Below are positions 1 to 10,210 of a stretch of DNA of 19,263 nucleotides, one piece after another. The notes under the pieces were generated by a model. That model did no database searches and was not told the DNA's origin. It saw only the letters and a list, made by a program, of their open reading frames with translations. Positions within the stretch are counted from its first letter, which is position 1. Each line of letters starts with the position of its first letter. Both the position numbers and the translations under genes were made by a program. Where the stretch lies: NCBI RefSeq assembly GCF_006345805.1, contig NW_021824326.1, positions 1-19,263 of the forward strand, given 5' to 3'. Source of the stretch: Octopus sinensis. Its lineage: Eukaryota.

Positions 1-383
1 GTGTTTGTGTGTGTGTATGTCTTTTATCTTATACATATATGCATATATATCGTATATTGTTTATATATATATGCATCTTATTTTCTCTCTCTCTCTCTCG
101 CTATATATACATTTTATTCACACACACACTATATATATATATACATGCATATATATGTATATATAAGTTTATAAGCATATGTGAATACATATATTCACAC
201 ACACACACACATATATATATATATAAGCATATATATAAATAGGTGCGTATGATTGGGTTCATTTACGTGCGTATACATATATATTCATGTATATATATGT
301 ATCTGTATATTTACACACATCTAAGAATATGTCTCTCTGCTTGCCTACCTGCTTACCTACGTGCTTACATATATACATACCTA

Positions 384-850
384 CCTATCTACCTATCTAT
401 GTATTTATCTAAGTATCTATCTATCATCCATCTATATATCTACCTACCTTTCTATCTATCTATATATCTATCAATCTATCTCTCTATCTATATATCTATC
501 AATCCATCTGTCTATCTATATATCTATCAATCTATCTATATATCTATCAATCTATCTATATATCTATCAATCTATCTATCAATCTATCTGTCTATCTATA
601 TATCTATCAATCTATCTATATATCTATCAATCTATCTATCTATCTATGTCTATCTATCAATCTATCTGTCTATCTATCAATCTATCTGTCTATCTATATA
701 TCTATCAATCTATCTGTCTATCTATCAATCTGTCTGTCTGTCTATCTATCAATCTATCTATATATCTATCAATCTATCTATATATCTATCAATCTATCTG
801 TCTATCTATCAATCTGTCTGTCTATCTATCAATCTATCTATCTTCTCTTT
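384..850. repeat. Degenerate (CTAT)n tetranucleotide microsatellite with recurring ~20-bp unit TATATATCTATCAATCTATC
   Basis: Direct reading; accounts for the YLSI-rich ORFs 243-998 and 361-867. Confidence 0.95.
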
Positions 851-1305
851 ATCTATCTTCAAATTAAGCATTTTCTTTTCCTCTCTTATATGTATATGTT
901 TTTGTTGCTCCCTCGATTTATTTCATAGGAATATCGGCGTCTTAGCATTTGATGCCAGAATATTAAAGCTAAACGCTAAAAATACAGCGAAATTTTAATA
1001 TTACATAACGGTTACGTATAACATCAAAATAAGACCTCTTACTCCACCTCCCACCTGCCAACAAAACTCCTCCCACTACCATCGCCACAACAAGGTGAAC
1101 AAAAAACAAAAAAGGAAAGAAAAAAAGAAAAAAAACGAGCAAAACAAAATTCAAATGTTTCGCTTTGCGTTTCTTCTTTATGCTTAGCTTCACTTGACTT
1201 ATATTTCGTTAACATTAGAAAATGGCGATGATAGCTTTAAAAAAAAGAAAATATAGGTATAACAATAACAACTTCAGCAATAATAAACGATGATAGTAAA
1301 TACAC

Positions 1306-1340
1306 CAGCACCACCACCACCACCACCACCAGTAATGATC

Positions 1341-1374
<34 letters not shown>

Positions 1375-1410
1375 TGATGATAATAATAATAATAACAATA
1401 ATGATGACTT
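1306..1410. repeat. Compound (CAC)n-(AAT)n/(GAT)n trinucleotide microsatellite
   Basis: CACCAC... run followed by AATAAT... and GATGAT runs. Confidence 0.9.
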
Positions 1411-1684
1411 CTAACAATAAAAAACTAGAAAACTAGACAGTTGTAGAGCACAATAATTTGATTTGAAAACTAGCTGAAGACATCGTGTGGAAATAAGTTA
1501 TTTCATATTCTTCTTCTTTTGCTTCTTCTTCGACTATCATTCTTTTGAATGGCTGAATAACACACACATATATATATTCACACGCAAACACATACGTAGG
1601 CAAACATAGACATGGCGTACGCACATGTACGTGCACACATATACACAAAAACTAGTAAATAGTTTTCCCTATGCATACCACACA

Positions 1685-1742
1685 TCTATATATATGTACA
1701 CATACACATACATACATACATACATCTATGTACATGTACATG

Positions 1743-1830
<88 letters not shown>

Positions 1831-2344
1831 CAGTGTCTTTTTATTAGGTAAATAGGTATATGTATGCATACAGATACATACAACATCATGCATAATAATA
1901 TATATATAGATATATATATATATATATATATATGGTGTGTGTCTGTGTGTTGTGTGTGTGTGTCTATATGGATCTCGGTAGCTATATATGTATGCATATA
2001 ATCGTAGACGATGATACATTTACGTGCCTCTATAAACGTGTGAATAAGTTTATATGGATGTATAGTATGCGAGTTATATGTTGCGTGTGTCTGATTAAAG
2101 CTATATAAGTTCGTGTGTGTGTATATATACACATACATACATACATACATATATATATATAACACACATACATACATATATACATACATATATATATATA
2201 TACACACATACATACATATATATATATATATCTATATAATATATATATACACACATACATACATACATATACATATATATACACACACAAACATACATAT
2301 ACATACATATATATATATATATTGGTGTGTATATATATATATAC

Positions 2345-2377
<33 letters not shown>

Positions 2378-2511
2378 GATATATGTGTATATATATATAT
2401 ATATATACACACATACGTACATATATATATATATAATACATATATATATATATATATATATGTGTGTATATATATATACACACATACGTACATATATATA
2501 TATATATATAC

Positions 2512-2549
<38 letters not shown>

Positions 2550-2619
2550 GGTGTGTATATATATAATATATATAAACAACATACGTACATATATATATAT
2601 ATATATATAATATATATAA

Positions 2620-2652
<33 letters not shown>
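1685..2652. repeat. Long degenerate (TA)n/(CA)n/(TACA)n microsatellite field ending in (GA)n
   Basis: Direct reading; interrupted by a more complex stretch at about 1830-2110. Confidence 0.9.
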
Positions 2653-2655
<3 letters not shown>

Positions 2656-3270
2656 AGCGGCTTAGAAATCCCTAGACCCATACTGATGCGAAAGTGCACC
2701 TGCTCACTTAAACTGACACATATACACACATATAGTTTAGTTTTATGCCATATTTCACAGTGGGGCACTAACTCAGAACCTAGCAAGAAAAACCAAAAAA
2801 AAAAAAAAAATCAAAATTTCATACATACATTTTAACACGGAAATCTCCTCAGACACATACATCATATTATAAACGTGCGTAAGTATTATGCATATGTTAT
2901 ATGTGTATTACTTGTCTTTTACTTCTATGGAGAAACATAATTATACATGGTCAAAACAGTCTACTGATTGCAGGAATATGTTCGCTGATACAAGTTCTGA
3001 AATCTAAAAATTAAATTATGCAAATTTGGATAAACATTCATTCATACAACCGCAAACATGTCCGCGCACACATACGCTCGTTTATATACTCGAACACACA
3101 GAGACACACACAGACATACCCCGACACACACATGTATATTCCAATGTACAATTATGTATATATATATATATATATTATATATACATATATATATATATGT
3201 GTGTGTGTGGGTTTGCGTGTGTATATATGTATGTATTTAATATGTATATAAATACGTGTGTGTGTACATG

Positions 3271-3324
<54 letters not shown>

Positions 3325-3420
3325 TATGTATATAATATGTATATAAATATGTGTGTGTACATGTATATATATGTGTGTGTATATGCATGTATATATATAT
3401 ATATATATATATATATGCAT

Positions 3421-3596
3421 GTGGAGGCACTTGGCTTAGTGGTTAGGGTGTTGAACTCATGATCATAAGGCTGTGATTTCGATTCCTGGACCAGGCGACG
3501 CATTTAGTTCATCCTTTCTTGGTCGACAAAATGAGTACCATTCAAAAAATCGACTTTCCTCCTCGGAAACTGCTGGCCTTGTGCCAAAATTTGAAA
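3421..3596 (+). mobile_element. Chimeric tRNA-derived SINE (family-B-type head joined to family-A-type body), followed by an (ATT)n run
   Basis: A-box TGGCTTAGTGG and B-box ATTTCGATTCC; head matches 14311-14345; body TTCATCCTTTCTTGGTCGACAAAATGAGTACCA matches the reverse complement of the 10211-10977 units. Confidence 0.75.
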
Positions 3597-3598
3597 TT

Positions 3599-3608
3599 GT
3601 TATTATTA

Positions 3609-3655
<47 letters not shown>
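3599..3655. repeat. (ATT)n microsatellite
   Basis: Direct reading. Confidence 0.95.
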
Positions 3656-4078
3656 AATTGCAAAAGTTCTTATCATTCTTATCATTATGATGATTTCTAA
3701 AGTATGTTTTGCCTCGTATGTGGTAAGAAATTACGTGACTATAATGGAAATATGTATACGTAATTTCGAATAATAATGCCGATATAGAAGGAATTATTGG
3801 TGTTACTACGCATGAAGTATTTCTTAGAAGATATAGACAAACAAAACTAGCAATGCATAAAAATACACATACAACCACTTACACACACGACGCACAGACA
3901 AACATATATATGCATACATACGCAGACACACACACATATATATATATACATATACATATATGTGTACACACACTATATTATGCGCATAATATTTACTCAA
4001 CTATATATATCTACGTACATACCGACGCACACACACTCATATATAGATTTACATATACGTAAATATATATATATATAT

Positions 4079-4492
4079 ATACTTACATACATACATATAT
4101 ATACTTACATACATACATATATATATACTTACTTACATACATATATATATACTTACTTACATACATACATATATATACTTACTTACATACATATATATAT
4201 ATACTTACTTACATATATATATATAATACTTACTTACATATATATATATATACTTACTTACATACATATATATATATATACTTACTTACATACATATATA
4301 TATATACTTACTTACATACATACATATATATACTTACTTACATACATATATATACTTACTTACATACATATATATACTTACTTACATACATATATATACT
4401 TACATACATACATACACTTACTTACATACATACATACATATACTTACTTACATACATACATACACTTACTTACATACATACATACATATACT

Positions 4493-4505
<13 letters not shown>
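4079..4505. repeat. Microsatellite-derived minisatellite, unit ~22-30 bp (TACTTACTTACATACATATATATA), roughly 18 units
   Basis: Recurring ACTTAC(TTAC)ATAC(ATAC)ATATATAT modules. Confidence 0.9.
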
Positions 4506-4529
<24 letters not shown>

Positions 4530-4673
4530 GTATACATACATACATATATTTATATATATATGTATATATATGTATGCATGTAAATATTCATTGTATGTAT
4601 TTTTAATATGCATATATATGTTCAGTTTTGGAAGCACGTATTAAATACCAATAAATTCTTAAATATTATTTTT

Positions 4674-4982
4674 AAAAAAAACGGCACTCCGTCGGTGACG
4701 ACGACGAGTGTTCCAGTTGATCCGATCAACGGAAGAACCAGTTCCTCAAATGAGCGTGTAAATTGGCTGAGCACTATACAAACACGCGTGCCTTCGCATA
4801 GTTCTCAGGGAGATTCAGCGTGACACAAAATTTGACAAAACTGACCCTTTTTCTTTTGCTGGCTGAATGTACTGCAGCAACTTGAAACAACCCGTCTTGA
4901 TGATGCACACCTCACGCCACCGGGAATCGAACACATGACGTTACGATTGTGAGCCGAATAAGCTAACCACTAAGACAAGCAC
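4674..4982 (-). mobile_element. tRNA-derived SINE (family B), near full length with internal deletions and a T-rich tail
   Basis: Minus strand begins GTGCTTGTCTTAGTGGTTAGC (A-box), then GTTCGATTCCC (B-box); ends CCGACGGAGTGCCGTTTTTTTT; internal hairpin GTTGAT-CCG-ATCAAC. Confidence 0.8.
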
Positions 4983-5272
4983 TTTCACAAATTCTTATAC
5001 AATAGAGTGCACCATTGTACAAGTTATTTGCTGTACGAGCAGAGACGCGTGCGAATTTTTGTCTTGAATTTCGACCGGAAATCCGGTGGGATATAGAAGA
5101 GTATTGTAGTTCGCTTGAAGCATTGTGTATTGTTTGTAAAGAATAAAAAAAATTTGAATGGTGCAACAATGCACTATAATATAGACAATGGTCTATATAC
5201 CTGTTGTAATTTGGTTATCCATAATCTGATATGATATTTCGGAATAATATTCCTTCTTCAGATATTCTTACA

Positions 5273-5407
5273 TAGAGTCGCTGCTATAATCGGTTTTCTA
5301 ACGGCTTTTTTCTTATTTTGGGGAAGAGTCTCAGCAGTGGTCTCACGATGCTCCTTCCGGAATTCCTCATGAGACGTGTGTGAGGTCGGCCGTGTCTCAA
5401 TCTCGTG
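5273..5407 (-). pseudogene. Possible highly degenerate non-LTR retrotransposon (RTE/CR1-like) ORF2 linker fragment
   Basis: Minus-frame translation HEIETRPTSHTSHEEFRKEHRETTAETLPQNKKKAVRKPIIAATL resembles the 'WEEFK..I.E.A.E.LP.KKKK.KKPWIS..TL' linker between endonuclease and RT; flanked by stops. Confidence 0.3.
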
Positions 5408-5569
5408 CGTGCTGGTACGCCCGTAGCACTGCTTCTAAGTTAAGTATTAAACGTGCAGCTTCCACTTTTTCTTTCACTCTGTTCTTTTTTTTTTATTATA
5501 AACTACAGATGAGCATATTATCAAAAATGAACCTACACGCATCCAGATTATATATACATATATATATGT

Positions 5570-5776
5570 AGTTGATCCAAACAAGAAAGCACAAAAAAAA
5601 CACAACAACGCGAGGACGTGGACAAATAAAGTATTATTGGACGCTCAAGAAAGAAGAAAAGAAGGAGGGTTTAACGTTTCGAGCGGAGCTTTTCGTCGGA
5701 AACATAGAAGAAGGAAAGATCCAGAGAAGGGAAGACAGAGGGAAAAAAATCGCCAACGGTACACACGCGGTCACAT
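5570..5776 (-). mobile_element. ~205-bp hammerhead-bearing short repeat, family H1 copy 1 (Penelope-like terminal repeat/retrozyme-like)
   Basis: Aligns end to end with 12875-13075 and with the start of 17867-17990; hammerhead-like motif at 5669-5703 (-). Confidence 0.8.
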
Positions 5777-6395
5777 GTATGTATGTATATATTCAGAATG
5801 CAAAGTATTTTTTTATCAAAGTTTACATTCTGCGCTGTTTTGCCAATTAACAGGAAAGTAACTTATTTCTTTCACATTGCGTGTGTGACGTTTGCCGACA
5901 TTATGATCGATGGTATACTGAAGCATTTGACAAGTGAAAGTTCCTCTTTAAAATCACTTTAATAATTCAGTAAACTCTGATGGATATCTTTAGTGTCTTC
6001 GTTATAGAAATTTCAGATTGATGGCAAAATTAACTTCATGTTGTTTATAGCGTTTTACAACAATCACATGAACTCTTAAATTTTATAATTTCTCGCAGTA
6101 TGACACGGCGCCCTCTCACTATCTTTCTGCGTTTAGCTTTTTCTTAGACGTCAAATGTATATATATTTTATTCTGCACTTTCCTTTGTTTCAAAGAACTT
6201 TTCGTGTTCTTCAGCAGAAAATAATCATATTTTATATAACCTCGCCGTACATTAGAAAAATCGACATTTTTCAATATTTTAATTTCCCTATACTTTCTTA
6301 AACTTGGTTAAAATTGCATATACATACTGTTAACGTTCTTCTGTATACCTGCTATGGGTGGTATTGGATCTTTTGGATGTTTACTTTAGTACTAT

Positions 6396-6521
6396 CCGAC
6401 GGAATAAGTATTGGGCTTGCAAAGAATAAGTCTTGGGTCGATGTTTTTCTACTAACACCACAAAGGCGGTGCTCCAACATGGCCACAGTCAAATTACAGA
6501 AACCAGTAAAAAAAGTAAAAG
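6396..6521 (+). mobile_element. 3' fragment of SINE family C
   Basis: GAATAAGTATTGGGCTT...GGCGGTGCTCCAACATGGCCACAGTCAAATTACAGAAACCAGTAAAA matches the 3' part of 12074-12625. Confidence 0.75.
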
Positions 6522-6675
6522 CATATATATATATAGGTATCAAGTTAGAGGAGTTTAATACCTCTAAGGGATAATTAAATCCAGAGTCGCTTCTGGTTGT
6601 GAACTGGGTAGGTACAGTCTTTTGAATGATAGCACGGTAGCAGGTGGTTCGGTTGGTAAACCGCAGTTTAGGTTC

Positions 6676-6826
6676 TATAAGAGAAGAAAATGGATATAAT
6701 AACAATGAGAAACTCATGGTTTATGCTGACATGTCTTTAGTTAAATAGGTAGCCTTTTTAATTAAAGACATGCCAGAGTAAACCATGAGTTTCTCATTGT
6801 TATTATATCCATTTTCTTCTCTTATA
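6676..6826. repeat. Near-perfect inverted repeat (70-bp arms)
   Basis: 6676-6745 pairs with 6757-6826: 66/70 Watson-Crick, 2 G-T, 2 mismatches; inner AGG-TAG-CCT extends the hairpin. Confidence 0.95.
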
Positions 6827-6892
6827 TACATACATACATATATATATAAAGTCAAGGTGAAAAATGCTAAAATAATTTTATAAAAAACATTT

Positions 6893-6928
6893 CAGAACTG
6901 GTTTCGGCCATTGAGACTTTTTCAACTG
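6893..6928 (-). ncRNA. Degenerate minimal type I hammerhead-like motif
   Basis: CAG-TTGAAAA-AGTCTCAATGGCC-GAAA-CCAG-TT-CTG: stem I CAG/CTG, GAAA, near-palindromic ACCAGT; core has three changes from CTGATGA. Confidence 0.35.
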
Positions 6929-7048
6929 TGAGTATGGAAAACAATTAAATTTTGGAAAAAGAATATTTTGAAAGAATATTTGCACAGTATTCAAATACAA
7001 GGGGCATTTTCCTTGTCTCTGCCTGTCGCCGTCTCTCTTGTTTACACA

Positions 7049-7049
<1 letters not shown>

Positions 7050-7098
<49 letters not shown>

Positions 7099-7389
7099 CT
7101 ATCTATCTATCTATCTATCTGTCTGTCTTTCTACCTATCTATCTATCTGTCTGTCTTTCTACCTATCTATCTATCTGTCTTTCTACCTATCTATCTATCT
7201 ATCTATCTACCTATCTGTCTGTCTTTCTACCTATCTATCTACCTATCTGTCTGTCTTTCTACCTATCTATCTATATGTCTGTCTTTCTACCTATCTATCT
7301 ATATGTCTGTCTTTCTACCTATCTATCTATATGTCTGTCTTTCTACCTATCTATCTATATGTCTGTCTTTCTATCTATCTATCTGTCTT

Positions 7390-7466
<77 letters not shown>

Positions 7467-7482
7467 GTGTCTGTCTTTCTAC

Positions 7483-7514
<32 letters not shown>

Positions 7515-7680
7515 GTGTCTGTCTTTCTAGCTATCTATCTATCTATCTATCTATGTGTCTGTATTTCTACCTATCTATCTGTCTGTCTGTCTGTCTGTCT
7601 GTCTGTGTGTCTGTCTGTGTGTCTGTCTGTCTATCTATCTACTTATCTGTCTGTCATCTATCTATCTATCTATCTATCTG
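7050..7680. repeat. (CTAT)n/(CTGT)n microsatellite with a 28-bp higher-order unit
   Basis: ATGTCTGTCTTTCTACCTATCTATCTAT starts at 7275, 7303, 7331 and 7359. Confidence 0.95.
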
Positions 7681-7824
7681 TATAAACATACGACTAGGGT
7701 GTTTGGAAAAACCTACATTGCTAGAAATAAGAGCTAAAACTGCTTTCATGCTGTAGTTAACGCGCATGAATGAAAACATACACTAACAGAGACCCTACTC
7801 GTCCGAAAAATGCCGATCGAGAAC

Positions 7825-7871
7825 TCTTAATACTTCAGTTTCTGCGATTTCCGTTGCCTCATCAGTTAAGA
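7825..7871 (-). ncRNA. Type I hammerhead ribozyme motif, degenerate (left arm)
   Basis: TCTTAA-CTGATGA-GGCAACGGAAATCGCA-GAAA-CTGAAG-TA-TTAAGA; core intact, stem II closing pair broken, stem III shortened by 6 nt relative to the right arm. Confidence 0.7.
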
Positions 7872-7939
7872 CAGCTCGACTTCGGCTCTTTCCGGATTCG
7901 CTTCACCATTAGTATTTATGTTTCAGTCATCTCAAGCTG

Positions 7940-7992
7940 TCTTAACTGATGAGGAATCGGAAATTGCCGAAATTGACGCGTTAGTATTAAGA
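7940..7992 (+). ncRNA. Type I hammerhead ribozyme motif (right arm); predicted cleavage after GTA at 7986
   Basis: Stem I TCTTAA/TTAAGA; CTGATGA 7946-7952; stem II GGAAT-CGGAA-ATT(G)CC; GAAA 7969-7972; stem III TTGACGCGTTAG with a central ACGCGT palindrome. Confidence 0.85.
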
Positions 7993-8192
7993 ATTCCCGC
8001 TCGGCAATTTCGGACGATTATGTTCCCTGTTGCGTGTATGCTGTCATTCATGTGCTTTAGCTATAGTATCAGAGCGGTTTAGCTGTTATTTCTTGCAATG
8101 TAGGTGTTTCCTAACAGGCTAATCGCTTTTAGTGACATTTGTAATTCTCCTTTTTGGTGAAACACTGCAAAATGCTTTATATATATATATAT

Positions 8193-8320
8193 ATCACCGT
8201 GATCACCGTGATCACCCTGATCACCGTGACCGACCAGGCAATCAGATGTTGCAATACATCGCAGGTCACAATTCTTTTAGCCTTCAAATGACGCCACCCA
8301 GCTGGCTGAGCGAGCAGGCC
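8193..8320 (-). mobile_element. 3' fragment of SINE family D with a 9-bp tandem-repeat tail (CACGGTGAT)x4
   Basis: Matches 13121-13240; ATCACCGTG units start at 8193, 8202, 8211 and 8220. Confidence 0.85.
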
Positions 8321-8467
8321 ATATACATATACATACATACATACATACTTACATATATATATATATATATGTATATATATATGTATATATATATATGTAT
8401 ATATATGTATATCTATGCATGTATATTATATGTATATATATATATATATATGTATATCTATGTATGT

Positions 8468-8498
<31 letters not shown>

Positions 8499-8510
8499 TC
8501 TTTACGTAAT

Positions 8511-8544
<34 letters not shown>

Positions 8545-9189
8545 ATTATATTATATATTTGTTTTATCGCCGACATTCTTATTTTCATACATCTGTGGGT
8601 TTTGTTTTGGTTTTCTTCTCAGCCACCACAAAGTTGCAAAGAAACTTTTGACATTCTCAGATACATCAATATTCTATCGTTTTATTATCTCAATTTTTTC
8701 TAATCTCATTGATTTTACACACTGATGAAGATTTGCAACAATTTTTCTTTTTCTTTTCGAAAATTTCTCTTTTTCTTATCCTAAAATATCTGCATATTTT
8801 TACGTCGTTCTTATTAGAGATTTAAAAATACCCCATACACACAACGACAACAATTTGTAGAAATTTCTATAAATATAAAAAATCGTCTGCGAATTGAAGA
8901 AAAAAAAAGTCTTATTCGACATATAAGTCAATGATCTTAATAACACAAAAATTGTCTCAACAGCATATCTCAAAAGTGTGTGTATATGTATATATGTATG
9001 TATGTGTATGTGTCACGTGGAGTTTTAGTTTTGGCTGAGCGGTGAGAGATGTGGTTTCATATCTAAAATTATTTTGAACGCGTAGTTGATCCGGTATTAA
9101 AACAACAGACGACACGTCATTGTCTTTGTCTCGTTCTAGAAATTGATGAAGATAATACGAAGAGAAAGGCAAAAAAAAAATTATGATGA

Positions 9190-9301
9190 TGATAACAACA
9201 ACAACAATAATAATAATAATAATAATAATAATAAGATAATAATAATAATATTAATAATAAATAATAATAATAAGATAATAATAATAAAAAATGACAATAA
9301 G

Positions 9302-9338
<37 letters not shown>

Positions 9339-9503
9339 TAATAATAAATGATAATAATAAGATAATAATAATAATAATAATAATAAGATAGTAATAATAA
9401 TGATAATAATAATAATAATAATAGTAATAATAATAAGATAATAATAATAATAATAATAGTAATTATAATAATAATAATAATAATGATAATAATAATAATA
9501 ATG

Positions 9504-9537
<34 letters not shown>

Positions 9538-9551
9538 TGGTAATAATAATG

Positions 9552-9587
<36 letters not shown>

Positions 9588-9715
9588 GTAATAATAATAA
9601 TGGTAATAATAATGGTAATAATAATAATGGTAATAATAATAATGGTAATAATAATAATAGTAATGATACTACTACTACTACTACTACTAATAATAATAAT
9701 AATAATAATAATAAA
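9190..9715. repeat. Long (AAT)n microsatellite with AAG/GAT/GGT/AGT/ACT variant blocks
   Basis: Direct reading; source of the poly-I/N/L/Y ORFs. Confidence 0.95.
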
Positions 9716-10210
9716 AAGTGAAAGCTAAAATGTTTTGAAATATTACCAAGGGAGTGGAAAATGTGATATATGGATAATATTTCAATATGTCAGTAACCCT
9801 GTAGGTCGGTAAGTTTTCCATCATCGTTTTCCACACCCACACGCCCACATATACTTGTTGGTGCGTATTTCGTTCGTATTTATATACACACATGTAGATA
9901 CTCTCTGTACACAGCCATAAGTACGCGCACACTGACTTATATTCGCAACAGAATTTTGTCAATAATTAATTACAAAAGCCAACAAAGAGACAGAATTATT
10001 CAATATTTAGAATTATTGCATGATAAGCATTGTAGAATAAATAGTTTGTCTAATGAAAGACGGTCTTGGGGAATAACGAATTGATGATACAGAAGAGGTG
10101 TAAGTTTACTGAAGAAGTAAATACGAAAATGCACTCCAAAGTGTTTCGAAGAAGATTCGAGAATCAGGTTCAACGATAGGGCTGATGCATCGCTTATGAT
10201 GGAAACTATA

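Larger units (their letters stand above)
7691..8125. mobile_element. ~435-bp fold-back element: two ~190-bp inverted arms, each containing a hammerhead ribozyme motif
   Basis: 7691-7879 vs reverse complement of 7932-8125 is about 79% identical by manual alignment; 52-nt spacer. Confidence 0.9.

Noticed and set aside
6352-6717. 121-aa minus-strand ORF as a gene
   Set aside because: It runs across a SINE fragment, a short TA run and one hairpin arm, with no recognisable protein motif.
7691-8125. Integrated viroid genome
   Set aside because: The opposite-polarity ribozymes arise from an inverted duplication of one arm, and there is no direct terminal repeat to release a unit-length circle; a retroelement origin is simpler.
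8590-8703. Strong splice acceptor TTTTCTTCTCAG at 8622
   Set aside because: No downstream donor or convincing reading frame; pyrimidine tracts are common here.
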